A stretch of 20,000 nt of DNA. Source: an uncultured virus (IMG/VR IMGVR_UViG_3300028372_000001) (taxonomy: Duplodnaviria > Heunggongvirae > Uroviricota > Caudoviricetes). Below, piece after piece: positions 1 through 7,549 of this stretch; the first letter of the stretch is position 1, and each line of letters opens with the position of its first letter. The DNA lies in IMG/VR virus record IMGVR_UViG_3300028372_000001; one strand, written 5' to 3'. The notes below the pieces were generated by a model, which worked only from the letters and a program-made list of their open reading frames with translations, was not told where the DNA came from and ran no database searches. The position numbers and the translations under genes are program-made.

Positions 1-214
1 ATAGAACAATGCAGGTTCTCCCCGGAAGCAATTGCTTTCCGGGCGTAAGCTTTCGGTGTTCTATAATACTTTCGCATGTATTGTATCCCATCACACACGT
101 ACTGTTCTTAGTTGTTTCTTTGAAGAACTTCAAATCTTCGGGATAATACCACGGAAGTTCTCCATTTTTACCAATTCCAAGTTCTCGATCACATGCTAGT
201 ATTAGACTTATCAT
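1..214 (-). CDS. folA: Dihydrofolate reductase, N-terminal part (runs off the window start)
   Basis: Manual translation (not in ORF track): MISLILACDRELGIGKNGELPWYYPEDLKFFKETTKNSTCVMGYNTCESI...LLPGRTCIVL. Contains the DHFR motifs IG-x-x-G-x-LPW, DLxxFK, MG and LPGR. Alternative in-frame ATGs at 220 and 223. Overlaps the end of the upstream ORF. Confidence 0.93.
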   Translation of the reverse strand, partial: MISLILACDRELGIGKNGELPWYYPEDLKFFKETTKNSTCVMGYNTCESIIEHRKLTPGKQLLPGRTCIVL

Positions 215-515
215 CCTCATCATCAATTAGAATATCTCGGACCATATGAAGCTCTTTCAGATTTACCCATTTCACCCCGAACGCTACACCAACATTAGGC
301 ATAGCGCTATTACTCCGTGGGGCTGGCTTTATTTCAACTACAACGTCAGGCTTAGGTGCAGGTCTGGTTGTTCTAGTTGCTCTACGACCAGCACGCCTAG
401 ATGAAGGTGGGATGGGTTCTTCATTTGGTTTTTCCGCGACTCGACCAGTCAAGATGTACTCGTTTCCGTCATAGATATAAGTCTTTGACATATCAAGGTT
501 TAGATCATCTTCCAT
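189..515 (-). CDS. Hypothetical protein, 108 aa, with Arg/Pro-rich middle
   Basis: ATG preceded by GGAG; GATAAATA box about 43 nt upstream; co-oriented with and overlapping DHFR. Confidence 0.75.
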   Translation of the reverse strand: MEDDLNLDMSKTYIYDGNEYILTGRVAEKPNEEPIPPSSRRAGRRATRTTRPAPKPDVVVEIKPAPRSNSAMPNVGVAFGVKWVNLKELHMVRDILIDDEDDKSNTSM

Positions 516-533
516 TTATAAACTCCAGCTTAG

Positions 534-541
534 TATAAATA
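534..541 (+). promoter_or_regulatory. T4-type late promoter box TATAAATA, facing phoH
   Basis: Exact match to the T4 gp55 late consensus in an intergenic region, but about 230 nt upstream of the phoH ATG. Confidence 0.45.
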
Positions 542-557
542 ATTATGTCTACTGGAT

Positions 558-565
558 TATTTATC
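558..565 (-). promoter_or_regulatory. Late promoter-like box GATAAATA
   Basis: Same (N)ATAAATA motif seen ahead of several other genes; lies upstream of ORF 189-515. Confidence 0.5.
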
Positions 566-768
566 GGTAGGCTAGTCGAGTGAATAGAGACACATTCAGC
601 AATTCTATCTTAGACTAGATGATTTGTCAATGTTAGATCAGCCTAGTTCTCTAAAGCTCTGACAATAGTACATATCTGCTTTAAAGGGGGTAAAACTTTC
701 GTATGATGTATAAGTTATGAGGGAAAGTACACGCGGCCAACACACCCACTAAAAAACGGAGAAGTAAA

Positions 769-1554
769 ATGTCACGAAGAAAGTCAGTGGCTAAGGCAAT
801 TAGCCCCAAAGACAAAAAAATTAGAGACCTAGAAGTAGGACTCATCAACAATGGATTTGCAATGGCAGAAAACACCCGAAAAAGAAAGAACTGGACCATC
901 CATGACCTTAAGACAATCAAACCCCTCAATGAACCTCAACGCGCTATGTTTGAGGCGTATTTTCAAGACTTTCACATCATAGCAAACGGCTCTGCCGGTA
1001 CAGGCAAGACACTTGCCTCGCTGTTTCTAGCGCTCAATGACGTACTATCAAAAGACCGCCCACAACAACGTGTAATCATCGTGCGTAGCGCTGTTGCAAC
1101 TCGTGACCTTGGCTTCCTACCGGGTAATATTGATGAGAAGCTAGAACCATTCGAGACACCCTATCGTGATATCTTGGGCTTTTTAACAGGGAATGCAAAT
1201 GCTTATGACAGCATGAAAGAAAACGGATTGATTGCATTCATGCCGACTTCTTTCGTCCGTGGTCTCAATTGGGACGATGCAGTTGTAGTTGTCGATGAAG
1301 TGCAAAATTTGAACTTTTGGGAACTGAATAGTGTGATTACACGAGTTGGCGATAATTCGCGTATACTTATTGTAGGTGATCAAATTCAAACGGATTTATA
1401 TAAGTCTAGTAATGATAAAAGTGGTATGGACAAGTTTTTGAAAATTGCTCGCACCCTGCCTGACGAATTCTCGGAGATTATTTTCCAGAAGGAAGATATT
1501 GTGCGAAGCAGGTTTGTCAAATCTTGGATTTGTGCCCTAGAAGAAGCTAGTTGA
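769..1554 (+). CDS. phoH: PhoH-family ATPase
   Basis: Motifs P-x-N-x-x-Q, Walker A GSAGTGKT, LGFLPG, RG-x-x-W...DEVQN, TRVG, GDQIQTD and DIVRS. GGAG Shine-Dalgarno. Confidence 0.95.
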   Translation: MSRRKSVAKAISPKDKKIRDLEVGLINNGFAMAENTRKRKNWTIHDLKTIKPLNEPQRAMFEAYFQDFHIIANGSAGTGKTLASLFLALNDVLSKDRPQQRVIIVRSAVATRDLGFLPGNIDEKLEPFETPYRDILGFLTGNANAYDSMKENGLIAFMPTSFVRGLNWDDAVVVVDEVQNLNFWELNSVITRVGDNSRILIVGDQIQTDLYKSSNDKSGMDKFLKIARTLPDEFSEIIFQKEDIVRSRFVKSWICALEEAS

Positions 1555-1562
1555 CAAAGGCT

Positions 1563-1586
1563 TGCCCCTCCCACATGGGAGGGGCA
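1563..1586. terminator. GC-rich hairpin between the convergent phoH and rhodanese genes
   Basis: tgcccctccc-acat-gggaggggca, 10-bp stem. No clean U tract on either strand. Confidence 0.6.
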
Positions 1587-1605
1587 CGGCTCCGTCTATG
1601 TAAAG

Positions 1606-1917
1606 TTAATCTTCCCTGAGTGTTCTGAAATCAGTCACATAGATGTTTTCAAAACCTAGCTGCTCGGCGTATGTTGCGCCTGCTTTCGCTTCGGCGTCAT
1701 CCAGATCGTGCCCAAAGATAATAATAGGACGCTTTTTCTCTTTCGAGAGTCGATGAAGCTCATTCACGAATTTGCGCGTGGGGTACAGATTAACTGCCCC
1801 AGATATAGTTCCATTACGAAAATATTCTGGAGTTCGTACATCTGCAACCAACACTTCTTTACGACCACGAATTTGTGCCAGTCGTTCTTTTGTGATGTTC
1901 CTGAAACTTGCTTGCAT
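1606..1917 (-). CDS. Rhodanese-like domain protein lacking the catalytic Cys
   Basis: DVRTPEYFRNGTISGAVNL matches DVRxxxE(Y/F)xxGHIxGAxN. IIIFG sits at the usual IVVYC position; LGFENIY at the C-terminus. Confidence 0.8.
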   Translation of the reverse strand: MQASFRNITKERLAQIRGRKEVLVADVRTPEYFRNGTISGAVNLYPTRKFVNELHRLSKEKKRPIIIFGHDLDDAEAKAGATYAEQLGFENIYVTDFRTLRED

Positions 1918-1928
1918 GATACTACTCC

Positions 1929-2513
1929 TTATTCAATACCAAGGTGTTTATAGGCTTGATATAAACTATGTAGCCTAATGAACCTCATGCAACTTTTGTT
2001 GAACGGGAGAGCATGTAAGAACACATGATTAACTTTCCCAGATTCTTCAAGATCAATACAGTTTTGCACTTGGTCATCAATGGCAAACTCTATTGTATCA
2101 AATTTCTTTAGAAAGTCAACTTTATTCGCACCATGGTCACTGATAATCAGGTCATCGTATTCCAAACCAAACTTACGCAAATAACGATCAGTCTCATGGT
2201 GTGGGTTAGGAACAAACCCCTCTCGTGCAGTCAATATGACAACATAGAATCCACGTGCCATTAAATCCTTTAGAAAAAATTCCGAATGAGGATGAGGTTC
2301 AATATTCTCGAACACTCTATCCTCAACCGTATATTGAATTAGATCATCAACTTTAACGTTTGTATTATCCTCAAACTTAAAGTCAGTCCAATCGGACCAA
2401 TGTCTAATTGCATCTTTCCCATGACGCTGCTTAACACACTGATACATTGCTTCCCGTGTGTTAATCAGCGTATCGTCTAGATCAAGAACCGCTACTGGTC
2501 GCTTTATACTCAT
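1929..2513 (-). CDS. HAD-superfamily phosphatase, 5'(3')-deoxyribonucleotidase-like
   Basis: Motif I DLDDTL, motif II ILTAR, motif III K and motif IV IDD. Confidence 0.85.
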   Translation of the reverse strand: MSIKRPVAVLDLDDTLINTREAMYQCVKQRHGKDAIRHWSDWTDFKFEDNTNVKVDDLIQYTVEDRVFENIEPHPHSEFFLKDLMARGFYVVILTAREGFVPNPHHETDRYLRKFGLEYDDLIISDHGANKVDFLKKFDTIEFAIDDQVQNCIDLEESGKVNHVFLHALPFNKSCMRFIRLHSLYQAYKHLGIE

Positions 2514-3111
2514 TTACACTCTCGATGATTGCATCTACTAGAATCTTTCGCTCAGCTTCCAAATCACGCTCTTTTGCTTCCTCTTCGGTGAAAATATTTC
2601 CGGCGAACCTGATTTCAAGTTTCTTGATAATCATCGCCTGAACACTCTCCCAGTCGATACCCGTGGCTTCATAGAACAACGCCTTGTACCAATCGGAGTC
2701 ACCGAGTTCTTCACATACATTTACCACATCAAGCTCACCAGTTGCTAGTGCCTGAAGCATGGCCGTGGCGATTTCACCATGTTCCGTGATAGAACCTAGA
2801 AGAGCATGGAACACTCTCGGGTCAAGATCAAGGCTTACCGTTTCTCCGGGGGAGGAACCTTGAAGAGTATACAAGTCGTTTCGCATTGCAATAACCTGAT
2901 CGTTTACTGCACCTACATACTTCTCAATGTCACCAAGGTCTAAATCCTTTCCATAGAAAGCATGCTTCTTGAAGCGATCTAGGATTTCAGCAGAATTTTC
3001 AAATGCCTGAAGTGCACCAACAAAAATATTGTACCTATGCCCCTCAAGTTCAATCTTATCTACAACTGATTCAGTCCTCACTGCTAGTTTCTGAAATTCC
3101 GTCCGATCCAT
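2482..3111 (-). CDS. MazG-like nucleoside triphosphate pyrophosphohydrolase
   Basis: HALLGSITEHGEI...EELGDSDWY gives the ExxE...EExxD metal site; also KKHAFYGK and C-terminal KL-x-x-RF...RDL-x-x-ER. Confidence 0.8.
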   Translation of the reverse strand: MDRTEFQKLAVRTESVVDKIELEGHRYNIFVGALQAFENSAEILDRFKKHAFYGKDLDLGDIEKYVGAVNDQVIAMRNDLYTLQGSSPGETVSLDLDPRVFHALLGSITEHGEIATAMLQALATGELDVVNVCEELGDSDWYKALFYEATGIDWESVQAMIIKKLEIRFAGNIFTEEEAKERDLEAERKILVDAIIESVNEYKATSSGS

Positions 3112-3928
3112 CCTGTTCCTCCTTATTATTGTTTTCTGTTACAGGGATTTCTTTACTCAACATAGCCAGTGACATCTTTTCAGCGAACTTGTTCACCGGG
3201 ACTGCCTGTGTTGCAATAGTTCTTTTTTCTTCTGCACGGTTGAAAATGTCTTTAAGATTTTGCTGAGTATCCGCACCATCTTTAGCGCCACTTGCAAGCT
3301 CTTCTTTAGCAAGAGCAAACGAAACATTACGGATGACTGATTTCCTGCGTTCTTCCAACGAAGGAATGGCGGCTTCCATGTGTTTGTCTTCGGGCATGAT
3401 ATATCTGTTGCTCATAATTCTCTGAACAAACATAGCTTCACTGGGAAAGCTCGAACGTGTGTTATGGTCAAACATTCTATTCCAAAGGTCTTTGCGGAGT
3501 GACCATTCTTGCTCTGTTACATTTTCATCAGGATCAGCGTTATTCCAATATCCAAAGTACTGGACCTGTGGGTGATCTAGGAATATTTTCTCCGAAGTGC
3601 GATCATCGAAGAAGAACATTGCAAGGGTATAACCATCTACGATTCCAATGGCGACACTGTAATCACTGGCTTCATCTGGTGGGAGCCTAACATGCCGCTT
3701 AGATGCTACGAGAAGGGGTATACGCTGGTCCTCATCGGGATTAAAATAATCCTGACCCATAACATGGTACATGTCATAAATTAGAGTAGAGGTGGCCAGA
3801 ATCTCTCTGGCGCGATCCATATAGACCGCTTCTTTAACAGGACCTCGAATGGAGTCCACGAAATCATACATATCTTGAATTGTGTAAACGCCGTTAAGCA
3901 TTACACCGTTGAATATTTTTGTTGACAT
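3071..3928 (-). CDS. Hypothetical phage protein
   Basis: Long ORF; likely start is the ATG at 3928 (MSTKIFNG) after GGGG rather than 3958. Contains a YWNNxDP...EW..R...W segment. No function recognised. Confidence 0.75.
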   Translation of the reverse strand: MSTKIFNGVMLNGVYTIQDMYDFVDSIRGPVKEAVYMDRAREILATSTLIYDMYHVMGQDYFNPDEDQRIPLLVASKRHVRLPPDEASDYSVAIGIVDGYTLAMFFFDDRTSEKIFLDHPQVQYFGYWNNADPDENVTEQEWSLRKDLWNRMFDHNTRSSFPSEAMFVQRIMSNRYIMPEDKHMEAAIPSLEERRKSVIRNVSFALAKEELASGAKDGADTQQNLKDIFNRAEEKRTIATQAVPVNKFAEKMSLAMLSKEIPVTENNNKEEQDGSDGISETSSED

Positions 3929-3942
3929 TTTTACCCCATATG

Positions 3943-3976
3943 TGAAAAGAGCGTGCATTGTAGCACGCTCTTTTCA
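3943..3976 (-). terminator. Intrinsic terminator, possibly bidirectional, after the HNH gene
   Basis: 14-bp inverted repeat tgaaaagagcgtgc-attgta-gcacgctcttttca with T runs on both strands. Confidence 0.75.
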
Positions 3977-3981
3977 TGAGG

Positions 3982-4635
3982 TCAAGCCTCGTGGCCAAAT
4001 ACTGGCAATGGATCGCTATGTAGTCTGCTCTCCCGAGGAACACCCTTCATCAACCACTCCATCTGATCCGCAAGAATTCTACGGTTCTTCAAAATTAGAG
4101 CCTCGTGGTACGATGGGACATACGGAACGTAAGTCAACTGCATGTTCGCCTGTTCCGGTGTGCGGTCGTCTTTACGCTGATTGCAAGAACGACAAGCAGT
4201 TACTACATTCTGCCACACGTCTGGCCCACCCTTCGACTTCGGATGTACGTGATCGCGCGTTAGCTTACCGTTTGCGTACTTCGTTGCACAATATGCGCAA
4301 ACGTTTCGGTCACGGGTGAACAACTCGCGATTGTTAAGAGCCGGTGCCGTTCTACGATACTTGGTCGGGCTAGTACCGTTATCGAGGGCTACGATAGTGT
4401 CCAGAATCAGCGTAGACTGCTTACCAGTCTTTACGTTGATACCACCACGTAGAAGAACCTCGTACTGACCAACACTCCATAGGATTTTACCCTTAGCCGA
4501 GTAAAACGCGGAATCTTGATAGGTAATCCAATGAAGGGCTTCGCCTCCCGAATTCAAGGCCAAAATCAACGGTAGCGAATCAACACCATCAATTACCGGA
4601 GCACTGCCCCCTACTTCTTTATTGGTCAACATCAT
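3982..4635 (-). CDS. HNH endonuclease (McrA/HNH_5-like, Zn-binding)
   Basis: LFTRDRNVCAYC...TRDHVHPKSKGG...W-x-NVVTACRSCNQRK. Confidence 0.92.
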   Translation of the reverse strand: MMLTNKEVGGSAPVIDGVDSLPLILALNSGGEALHWITYQDSAFYSAKGKILWSVGQYEVLLRGGINVKTGKQSTLILDTIVALDNGTSPTKYRRTAPALNNRELFTRDRNVCAYCATKYANGKLTRDHVHPKSKGGPDVWQNVVTACRSCNQRKDDRTPEQANMQLTYVPYVPSYHEALILKNRRILADQMEWLMKGVPRESRLHSDPLPVFGHEA

Positions 4636-4646
4636 TTTCCCTTCTC

Positions 4647-5159
4647 CTATACAAAGATTACTTCGTCAAAACCCTCCTGCTTAGTCGGCGGGATATAGCT
4701 CTTGGCCATATCTCCCATGACTTTCGCTGGAATGTGCTTTCCCGTTTCACGCTCACGCTTTGCCAAACGGTCTTCCAGTTCCTGATCGTCTACCTCGAAC
4801 GATACTGCAATCTTATAGTAATCGTCAGGAACTTTCCGAAGGATACCCCTTCGCTTCTTGGGAGTCAAGTTAGTCTGGTCCCAAATAATGCTCTTACCAT
4901 TATTTACTTCTTCGCGAAACTTTTGCTTCATGATATGGGTAGCCTGCCCTACATGCTTGCCAAAGCCGGAAGTATAGTCCATTCCATCAGCTTCCGACAG
5001 ACGCTCGATTTCGTCATCGCTTGAAACAATGACATAATCAATATCAGTCTGCGCGAGCATACGATCACGCCAAGTTGACTTACCGGAACCCGGCAGGCCA
5101 ATCATCACAATGATTTCGGGACGCTGGGCGTCTCTTTCTCGCAACATCTTGGGATTCAT
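4647..5159 (-). CDS. P-loop kinase (AAA_33 / polynucleotide-kinase-like)
   Basis: Walker A GLPGSGKST, SSDD, IIWDQTN, R-x-x-R lid and C-terminal P-x-x-x-EGF. Confidence 0.87.
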   Translation of the reverse strand: MNPKMLRERDAQRPEIIVMIGLPGSGKSTWRDRMLAQTDIDYVIVSSDDEIERLSEADGMDYTSGFGKHVGQATHIMKQKFREEVNNGKSIIWDQTNLTPKKRRGILRKVPDDYYKIAVSFEVDDQELEDRLAKRERETGKHIPAKVMGDMAKSYIPPTKQEGFDEVIFV

Positions 5160-5185
5160 GTTCTTATTCCTTAAAAGTTACAGCT

Positions 5186-5214
5186 ACTTTATACTATCTA
5201 TTCGGTAATGTCAA
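5186..5214 (-). promoter_or_regulatory. Putative sigma70-type promoter for the kinase/HNH genes
   Basis: TTGACA-17 nt-TAAAGT on the minus strand, just upstream of AAGGA and the ATG at 5159. Confidence 0.55.
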
Positions 5215-5680
5215 CTACTGTAACTACCTTAATTTCGGCCTCGTCTAGCATGATATGGTTTACGCCACATGCATCATAATGTGTGCCCTTCCCCTTACCG
5301 GGAAATTTGATATTGGGACCTATGACTTCAACGATACCAGCTTGAATGATAGCACGAGTACAATCGGAACAACACTCTACCTGATAATTCATGTACATTT
5401 TACAACCCCGCGTCGAAACCCCAACGCGGGCTGCGTTAAAAATTGCGTTCCGCTCACCGTGTTCAGTCCATTCATACTTCTGTGGGCGCTCCCATCTATC
5501 TTCGATATCTTCGTTGACGTTTCGTGGAAATCCATTAAAGCCTGTACTGACTACTTCATTATCTGGCCCTACGATTATTGCACCACATTTGGTACTCTGA
5601 TCCTTGGACTTGCTCGCAGCTAATTGAGCCATTTTCACAAAATATTCATCCCAACTGCTTGCTCTTCGTTCACTTCTCAT
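5198..5680 (-). CDS. dCMP deaminase
   Basis: WDEYF, SKD..TKCGA, GFNGFP, HGE (HAE-type) and CCSDC (PCxxC-type) zinc motifs, IIQAGI. Confidence 0.92.
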   Translation of the reverse strand: MRSERRASSWDEYFVKMAQLAASKSKDQSTKCGAIIVGPDNEVVSTGFNGFPRNVNEDIEDRWERPQKYEWTEHGERNAIFNAARVGVSTRGCKMYMNYQVECCSDCTRAIIQAGIVEVIGPNIKFPGKGKGTHYDACGVNHIMLDEAEIKVVTVVDITE

Positions 5681-5952
5681 TTATTATCCTTTAAAATTTT
5701 TTCAATTTGATTTGTTCTCTGTTTGCCGTAGCAAGACTCACAGGGTACATTGCCTCGACGTACCGCATTTTCTACTACTGGATCAAAGTCCATCATTTCG
5801 GCATGAAGGAGATTCATTGTCATATGAGTTGTAAGCCAAATTGGCAAGCGATCAATGATTCGGCCTTGAGTTGCAATAGGATAACGCTGGGCATCCCAGT
5901 ACATCTTATGCATAAGCTCGGGCATCCACTCTATATCTTCTTGATGTACCAT
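5677..5952 (-). CDS. Hypothetical protein, 91 aa, with one CxxC
   Basis: ATG with GGAG Shine-Dalgarno; ATGA overlap with the dCMP deaminase. Confidence 0.7.
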   Translation of the reverse strand: MVHQEDIEWMPELMHKMYWDAQRYPIATQGRIIDRLPIWLTTHMTMNLLHAEMMDFDPVVENAVRRGNVPCESCYGKQRTNQIEKILKDNK

Positions 5953-5964
5953 ATATTCTCCAAT

Positions 5965-5986
5965 AAAAAAGGGGGCCGAAGCCCCC
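5965..5986 (-). terminator. Intrinsic terminator of the NAD operon, with cUUCGg tetraloop
   Basis: Minus strand reads gggggc-ttcg-gccccc-tttttt. Confidence 0.88.
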
Positions 5987-6047
5987 CCCCCATCGAATCC
6001 CCATCAGTGTATAGTGCTCACTTTTGGGGTAACTTAAACTGCTTCGC

Positions 6048-7484
6048 TTACTTGCCGGGAAAATCCCGTAGGGCTGCGAGTTCGCGAACTTCATCAAACG
6101 TTTGCTTCCTAAGAATCTTACCATTCTGGAAAACCGTGTCCATTGCAACTACTTCGGTGTTCTTCATAGTGTCGTGCTGGTTAATCGTCCTGTACTCTTT
6201 CGTCTCAGTATCTTGAACGAGAGTCAAAATTCCAGCCTTCGACGCCTTGGTAGGATCAGTGATCGGAACCTTCTGAATATCACGAGCATCACCATCAACA
6301 ACGATGTGAGAGCCCTTGATTGCAAACCGCAGTGTATCACGATCCAGCTTCCGAAGCAAGCCTCCACCACTACCAAAGTTGATGTTATCTGCCGAGTAGC
6401 CCAGAGATTCAAAGTTGCCAAGGATATCTTTGACCGCTTGCAAATCAACACCATCACCTTGAATGATTCGAACGCAATCGTTCAATACCTTGAAGCCCTT
6501 GTCGTTGACATAGGAGCCAAACAACTCGTCCAACTTCGTGACAACAAGCTCGGTCATTTCAACAGGCACGCCACTATCGGGGCGAATAACGATCACACCG
6601 TTGCTTTCGATTTCTTCTCGAAGCTCACCAAACATTTCGATGGCTGCAACAAGATCGTAGGTGTCACATACTACAGAGCAGATGCCGGTCTTAGGCAGCA
6701 CGGTACGGACGATGTTGGCGAAGAAATCAAACTCACGAAGTTTACCCCATCCAATAGTAACAGTGTGTTCCGTAGCAGGAATTGAGAATCCGGCCATGCC
6801 ACTGGCTGTACCGTAGTAGTCTTCTGCCATGCAAATGCCAATCATGTTATCAGTGGAAGTACCCGAGGTCAGGTGAGCAGCGCCACCAACCATGGCTTCT
6901 TCCTTGGTGCTAACACCACGACTACCAAAGTCCACAAGCTTCGTGTTTGCAAGTTCCGGCGAACCCGTGCGTTCAAGAGAATTCTTAAACACTTTGAGGA
7001 ACTCACGAGAGTGGGTTGCAACCGTAATGGGGTACCAAGAGCGCATGTAAATGTTTTCGAAGTACGAAGCACACCAAGACACATTAAATCGAGGATCAGT
7101 CGTCTCGATAGTCATTAGTGCATTGTTTACCGGAACAACAGCACCTTCCTTAACAGCCCTGACCTTAATGGGAATAAATCCATTGTGATCATTAACAACA
7201 GCTTCCCAACCTTTACGGTTGAATGCGGCTGTAGTACCTATGTGCTTTTCAATGAACTCTTCGGCCTGATCAACCATTTCCATGGTTACAGGTTCCATCA
7301 TTTCATGCTCAAGAATGTACTGAAGGCCGAAGAAAACGGTCTCATCGTACAACGCACCCGCTCGCGCCTCAAGATATACTTGAGAGAAGCTAGTGCCATT
7401 CTCCATGAACATCCAGTGCCCAACTTTATAAGTGTCGGTGTTCAAGATAACATTATCAGTAAGTTTAAGTTCTTGGTTTTTCAT
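6048..7484 (-). CDS. nadV: Nicotinamide phosphoribosyltransferase (NAMPT)
   Basis: TDTYKVGH, DFGSRG, TDN, SIPATEH (phospho-His), SVVCDTYD, VIRPDSG, IIQGDG, FGSGGGLL and RDT..FA.K are all intact. Confidence 0.95.
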   Translation of the reverse strand: MKNQELKLTDNVILNTDTYKVGHWMFMENGTSFSQVYLEARAGALYDETVFFGLQYILEHEMMEPVTMEMVDQAEEFIEKHIGTTAAFNRKGWEAVVNDHNGFIPIKVRAVKEGAVVPVNNALMTIETTDPRFNVSWCASYFENIYMRSWYPITVATHSREFLKVFKNSLERTGSPELANTKLVDFGSRGVSTKEEAMVGGAAHLTSGTSTDNMIGICMAEDYYGTASGMAGFSIPATEHTVTIGWGKLREFDFFANIVRTVLPKTGICSVVCDTYDLVAAIEMFGELREEIESNGVIVIRPDSGVPVEMTELVVTKLDELFGSYVNDKGFKVLNDCVRIIQGDGVDLQAVKDILGNFESLGYSADNINFGSGGGLLRKLDRDTLRFAIKGSHIVVDGDARDIQKVPITDPTKASKAGILTLVQDTETKEYRTINQHDTMKNTEVVAMDTVFQNGKILRKQTFDEVRELAALRDFPGK

Positions 7485-7506
7485 TTGCCATATCTCCTAT
7501 GTGCAA
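7485..7506 (-). promoter_or_regulatory. RBS-containing hairpin, copy 2, directly before the NAMPT ATG
   Basis: Minus strand TTGC-A-CATA-GGAGA-TATG-GCAA then ATG. The 18-nt core is identical to 8637-8654. Confidence 0.7.
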
Positions 7507-7549
7507 GTTTAGTTTTACGAGATTACGCTCAATGCTGTTTACTATAACA

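Noticed and set aside
620..670. Pho box upstream of phoH
   Set aside because: TTGTCA and TGACAA are inverted and about 30 nt apart, not direct repeats with 11-bp periodicity.
1929..3111. 2-aminoadenine (Z-genome) pathway
   Set aside because: No PurZ or HD-domain DatZ in the window; MazG-like and HAD genes are common in large phages.
3982..4635. HNH gene as part of an intron or mobile element
   Set aside because: Neighbouring genes are uninterrupted and no intron structure or terminal repeats are visible; treated as a free-standing gene.
5982..5991. C10 homopolymer as a phase-variation tract
   Set aside because: It is intergenic and partly forms the terminator stem, so length change would not shift a supported reading frame.
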